A stretch of DNA of 37,281 nt from an uncultured bacterium (lineage in GTDB: Bacteria; Patescibacteriota; Minisyncoccia; Phycocordibacterales; UBA918): positions 1 through 37,281 of the forward strand of contig CALMKR010000111.1 in NCBI GenBank assembly GCA_937867625.1, in the 5' to 3' direction. This document shows, piece after piece, positions 35,082 to 37,281 of the stretch. The first letter of the stretch is position 1; every line of letters begins with the position of its first letter. The translations under genes were made by a program, and so were the position numbers. The notes under the pieces are model-generated. The model saw only the letters and a list, made by a program, of their open reading frames with translations, was not told the origin of the DNA and made no database searches.

Positions 35082-36380
35082 TTATACGACACTGTAGTCG
35101 TTATCAGTCTGCCTCGGATATCTACGTTTGTCCATAACCGATGGCATATCTTCTCTGAATCCAACTGCTAAAGTCCTGAACGCATCAGCACCATGGGATG
35201 CCCAGTTGTGCAGCGGGGTCTGCTGGAAGATCTGGTTCCTAGTATCATACTTCCTCTCATAATTCCTAAGCGCCCTAACTCCTCTATCGCATCTATCCTT
35301 ATCAAACCAGCACTTCTTCAGCATGGTTCGTGCCGCTTCGATCCCGTCCGCTACAGGAAGCTTCGCAACAACTTTTATATTACGCAACCCCAAACTCTGC
35401 AACTTCTCCAGGCGCGTCTTCCCATCTGAAAATTCCCTAACCTTCACATCATGCGGTAGGAAGTGCCCTTCATATACGTAGTTCTTCGCCTTCAGCTCTC
35501 GCACGTAGTGGTCCAGCCCAGCCCCAGATGTCTCCAAGTAATCGACTACTCTGATCTCCCTACCGTGCTGCTGCACAAACCAAATGGCAGTGGTATCATC
35601 TATGCCAAGGTCCCACGCTGTCCATACACCAAGGGCTACGTCGATGGGTACACTAGAGAGCTTATTGTTCTGCTCCAACCACTCCATCTCCTTACCATAG
35701 TAAGCTCCTACCAGTGCTGCTGCGAAACTACACTCAAACTCCTGCATGTACTCACTGTCACTCATGACAGCCCTGTTCTGCTCCAGCTCGGATCGTGCTA
35801 TGATGCCCGTCTCGCTAGCCTTAAACATGAAGGACTGCCAGTGCTCTGTACACTTCCCCAACTCATATAAATTATAGAAATGGTTCTGCCCCTTAGGCGT
35901 TCCTATGAAGACAGCCCACCCCAGTCGGTCAGTCAGGAGCGGTCGGACGACCTGTGTCCACACGATAGGGTTCATATCCCCATACTCATCGAACACCACG
36001 CCATCGAGGTACATCCCTAAGAGTGAGGCAGGGTTCTCAGCCCCGAGCAACATGAACCTGATCCTGTCCTGCGTCGCGGGTCGGGGTATATCCACCCGTA
36101 GCTCCGACTCATTGACCTCAACACCAGGTATGTTCTTCGTGTAATCCTTGAGCAGGTCCCACGCAATACGCTTCGCCTGCCCGTAGGTAGGCGCAATGTA
36201 CGCATACTGGGGGTTCTTCTTCATGTTCAACAGCCCCTTGTGCACGATCTCGTTCAACCCAAAGTGGGTCTTCCCGATCCGTCGATGACCCACCACGACT
36301 CTGTATCGTGCCCCAGACCTATGTACTGTATCCTGCTGTGGTCGTGGCCTGTAGCCAGTGTCTATTACTCTAACGGACAC
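35082..36380 (-). CDS. Terminase large subunit (432 aa, GTG start)
   Basis: Walker A-like VVVGHRRIGKTH, Walker B VVFDEYGDM, and a C-terminal RNase H-like nuclease region (WTAWDLGIDDTTAIWF). It overlaps the TerS stop. Confidence 0.9.
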   Translation of the reverse strand: MSVRVIDTGYRPRPQQDTVHRSGARYRVVVGHRRIGKTHFGLNEIVHKGLLNMKKNPQYAYIAPTYGQAKRIAWDLLKDYTKNIPGVEVNESELRVDIPRPATQDRIRFMLLGAENPASLLGMYLDGVVFDEYGDMNPIVWTQVVRPLLTDRLGWAVFIGTPKGQNHFYNLYELGKCTEHWQSFMFKASETGIIARSELEQNRAVMSDSEYMQEFECSFAAALVGAYYGKEMEWLEQNNKLSSVPIDVALGVWTAWDLGIDDTTAIWFVQQHGREIRVVDYLETSGAGLDHYVRELKAKNYVYEGHFLPHDVKVREFSDGKTRLEKLQSLGLRNIKVVAKLPVADGIEAARTMLKKCWFDKDRCDRGVRALRNYERKYDTRNQIFQQTPLHNWASHGADAFRTLAVGFREDMPSVMDKRRYPRQTDNDYSVV

Positions 36381-37150
36381 TGTACACCATCATCGCTAGG
36401 AGCATGCTCGTTAGGAACACACAGTACACTATTAACGAGAACATCCTGTTGTGCAGTCGTACTAGGTCCCGCCGCTGCTCCATCATTGTGTCGTTCAGAT
36501 ACCTGTTTATCTTGTTCTGCTCTTGGTTGAACCTCATTCGGAACTCCTATACCAGTGTACACCACGATCTGCGTCGGTGCCGTTAATGTTGCTTCTATCT
36601 TCGCCTTAGGACTGTAGCGGGCGTTGTCTACTCCAGCGGCCCACACCAGGGCCTTGTGTCGGGCGGTGCTGCTCGCCACGTTGTCCTCGTCCATTGTGTG
36701 TACCTCCTCCATGGCAGTGTCCCTAAGGTACTCCCCTCGATCCTCTCTAGCCTGCGCAAGCTTCTCCTCCACACCAGGAATGTTGCGCTTCCACGAGCAT
36801 AGCTGCACGTAGGAAGGCATATCAGGCATGGAACATATTTCCTTGAGCGTTCTTCCGTTGATGATCTCATTGCACACCAGCTCAAGGGTCACTTCTGAGT
36901 ATGGAGTATAGGACTGTACAGTTACTGTACCGTCTGCTAGCTCCTCCTCAACGAGAACCGTGGCTCCGTTGAGGGTTCTGGGAACCAACTTCGTCCTTAC
37001 ACCAGTGGTGTCACGCTTAAGAATAAATTCCGTAACTCCAGTGGTGGAGTTGTATATATGGATGTGAGCACCCACGCTGCGTGCTTTGTGAGTGCGATTG
37101 CGAAGCAGTTCATCGAAGCTGACTGCTGGGATTTGGATATTTGTGGACAT
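36365..37150 (-). CDS. Terminase small subunit candidate (261 aa)
   Basis: Lies immediately upstream of TerL. LVCNEIINGRTLKEICSMPDMPSYVQLCSWKRN...KLAQAREDRGEYLRDTAMEE matches the HTH plus helical pattern of TerS DNA-binding domains. Confidence 0.7.
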   Translation of the reverse strand: MSTNIQIPAVSFDELLRNRTHKARSVGAHIHIYNSTTGVTEFILKRDTTGVRTKLVPRTLNGATVLVEEELADGTVTVQSYTPYSEVTLELVCNEIINGRTLKEICSMPDMPSYVQLCSWKRNIPGVEEKLAQAREDRGEYLRDTAMEEVHTMDEDNVASSTARHKALVWAAGVDNARYSPKAKIEATLTAPTQIVVYTGIGVPNEVQPRAEQDKQVSERHNDGAAAGPSTTAQQDVLVNSVLCVPNEHAPSDDGVQCPLE

Positions 37151-37198
37151 TACTCCAGTGTGTGGAAAAGGAGGGGGAAGTCAAGTTGTAGCGTGGGA

Positions 37199-37267
37199 CG
37201 CGGTGCAGCAATCTTGTGTGGGTTTTGTAGTGGGTTGCGTCGTGGTCCTGAGTACGCAAGGGGGGTG
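37199..37267. repeat. Right copy of the imperfect ~69 bp direct repeat
   Basis: See 19-87: 66 of 69 positions are identical. It lies 49 nt outside the TerS start codon. Confidence 0.85.
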
Positions 37268-37281
37268 GGGTCCGAATCGGG

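Noticed and set aside
35193-36586. Several 60-135 aa + strand ORFs opposite the terminase genes
   Set aside because: All are antisense to TerL and TerS, which carry strong motifs. They are typical spurious ORFs of GC-richer DNA.
1-37281. Prophage with att sites, CRISPR arrays, or tRNA genes
   Set aside because: I could recognise no integrase, recombinase or repressor-type gene. The end repeats are imperfect and lie in phage-like control DNA. I saw no repeat-spacer periodicity and no cloverleaf-like sequence in the intergenic regions. A tRNAscan/ARAGORN run would be needed to exclude tRNAs formally.

Overview
This window looks like an essentially complete ~37.3 kb genome of a podovirus-type tailed phage infecting a Gram-negative host. 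It has two convergent arms. The + strand arm (709-17072) carries early, replication and endolysin genes. These include an AEP primase fused to a D5/P4-type helicase, an SNF2 helicase, a DnaQ-like exonuclease, a family A DNA polymerase, a VRR-NUC nuclease and a CHAP-like lysin. The - strand arm (37150 down to 16996) carries packaging, virion and lysis-accessory genes in a T7-supergroup order: TerS, TerL, portal, scaffold, capsid, tubular proteins A and B, internal virion proteins, and two fibre proteins. I recognised no phage RNA polymerase, integrase, tRNA or CRISPR array. The two ends are visibly GC-richer than the body and carry an imperfect ~69 bp direct repeat plus short iterated motifs. 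The most notable content is a translationally coupled operon at about 1857-6252. It encodes a ThiS/MoaD/ubiquitin-like beta-grasp protein, a UBC/E2-like protein (HPH...C...LLxxYNPxSP signature), a JAB/JAMM metallopeptidase and a ThiF/MoeB/E1-like adenylyltransferase, which together make a complete ubiquitin-like conjugation/deconjugation toolkit on the phage side. The JAB gene is split exactly inside its catalytic HxH motif by a 781 nt group I-like intron carrying a LAGLIDADG homing endonuclease. Other points of interest are a free-standing HNH endonuclease, a GNAT-like gene inside the virion module, a collagen-like (GTN)x8 fibre repeat, a glycine-rich fibre with a signal-peptide-like N-terminus, and two lipobox proteins near the lysis region. 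All functional calls come from motif recognition by eye; no database search was possible.
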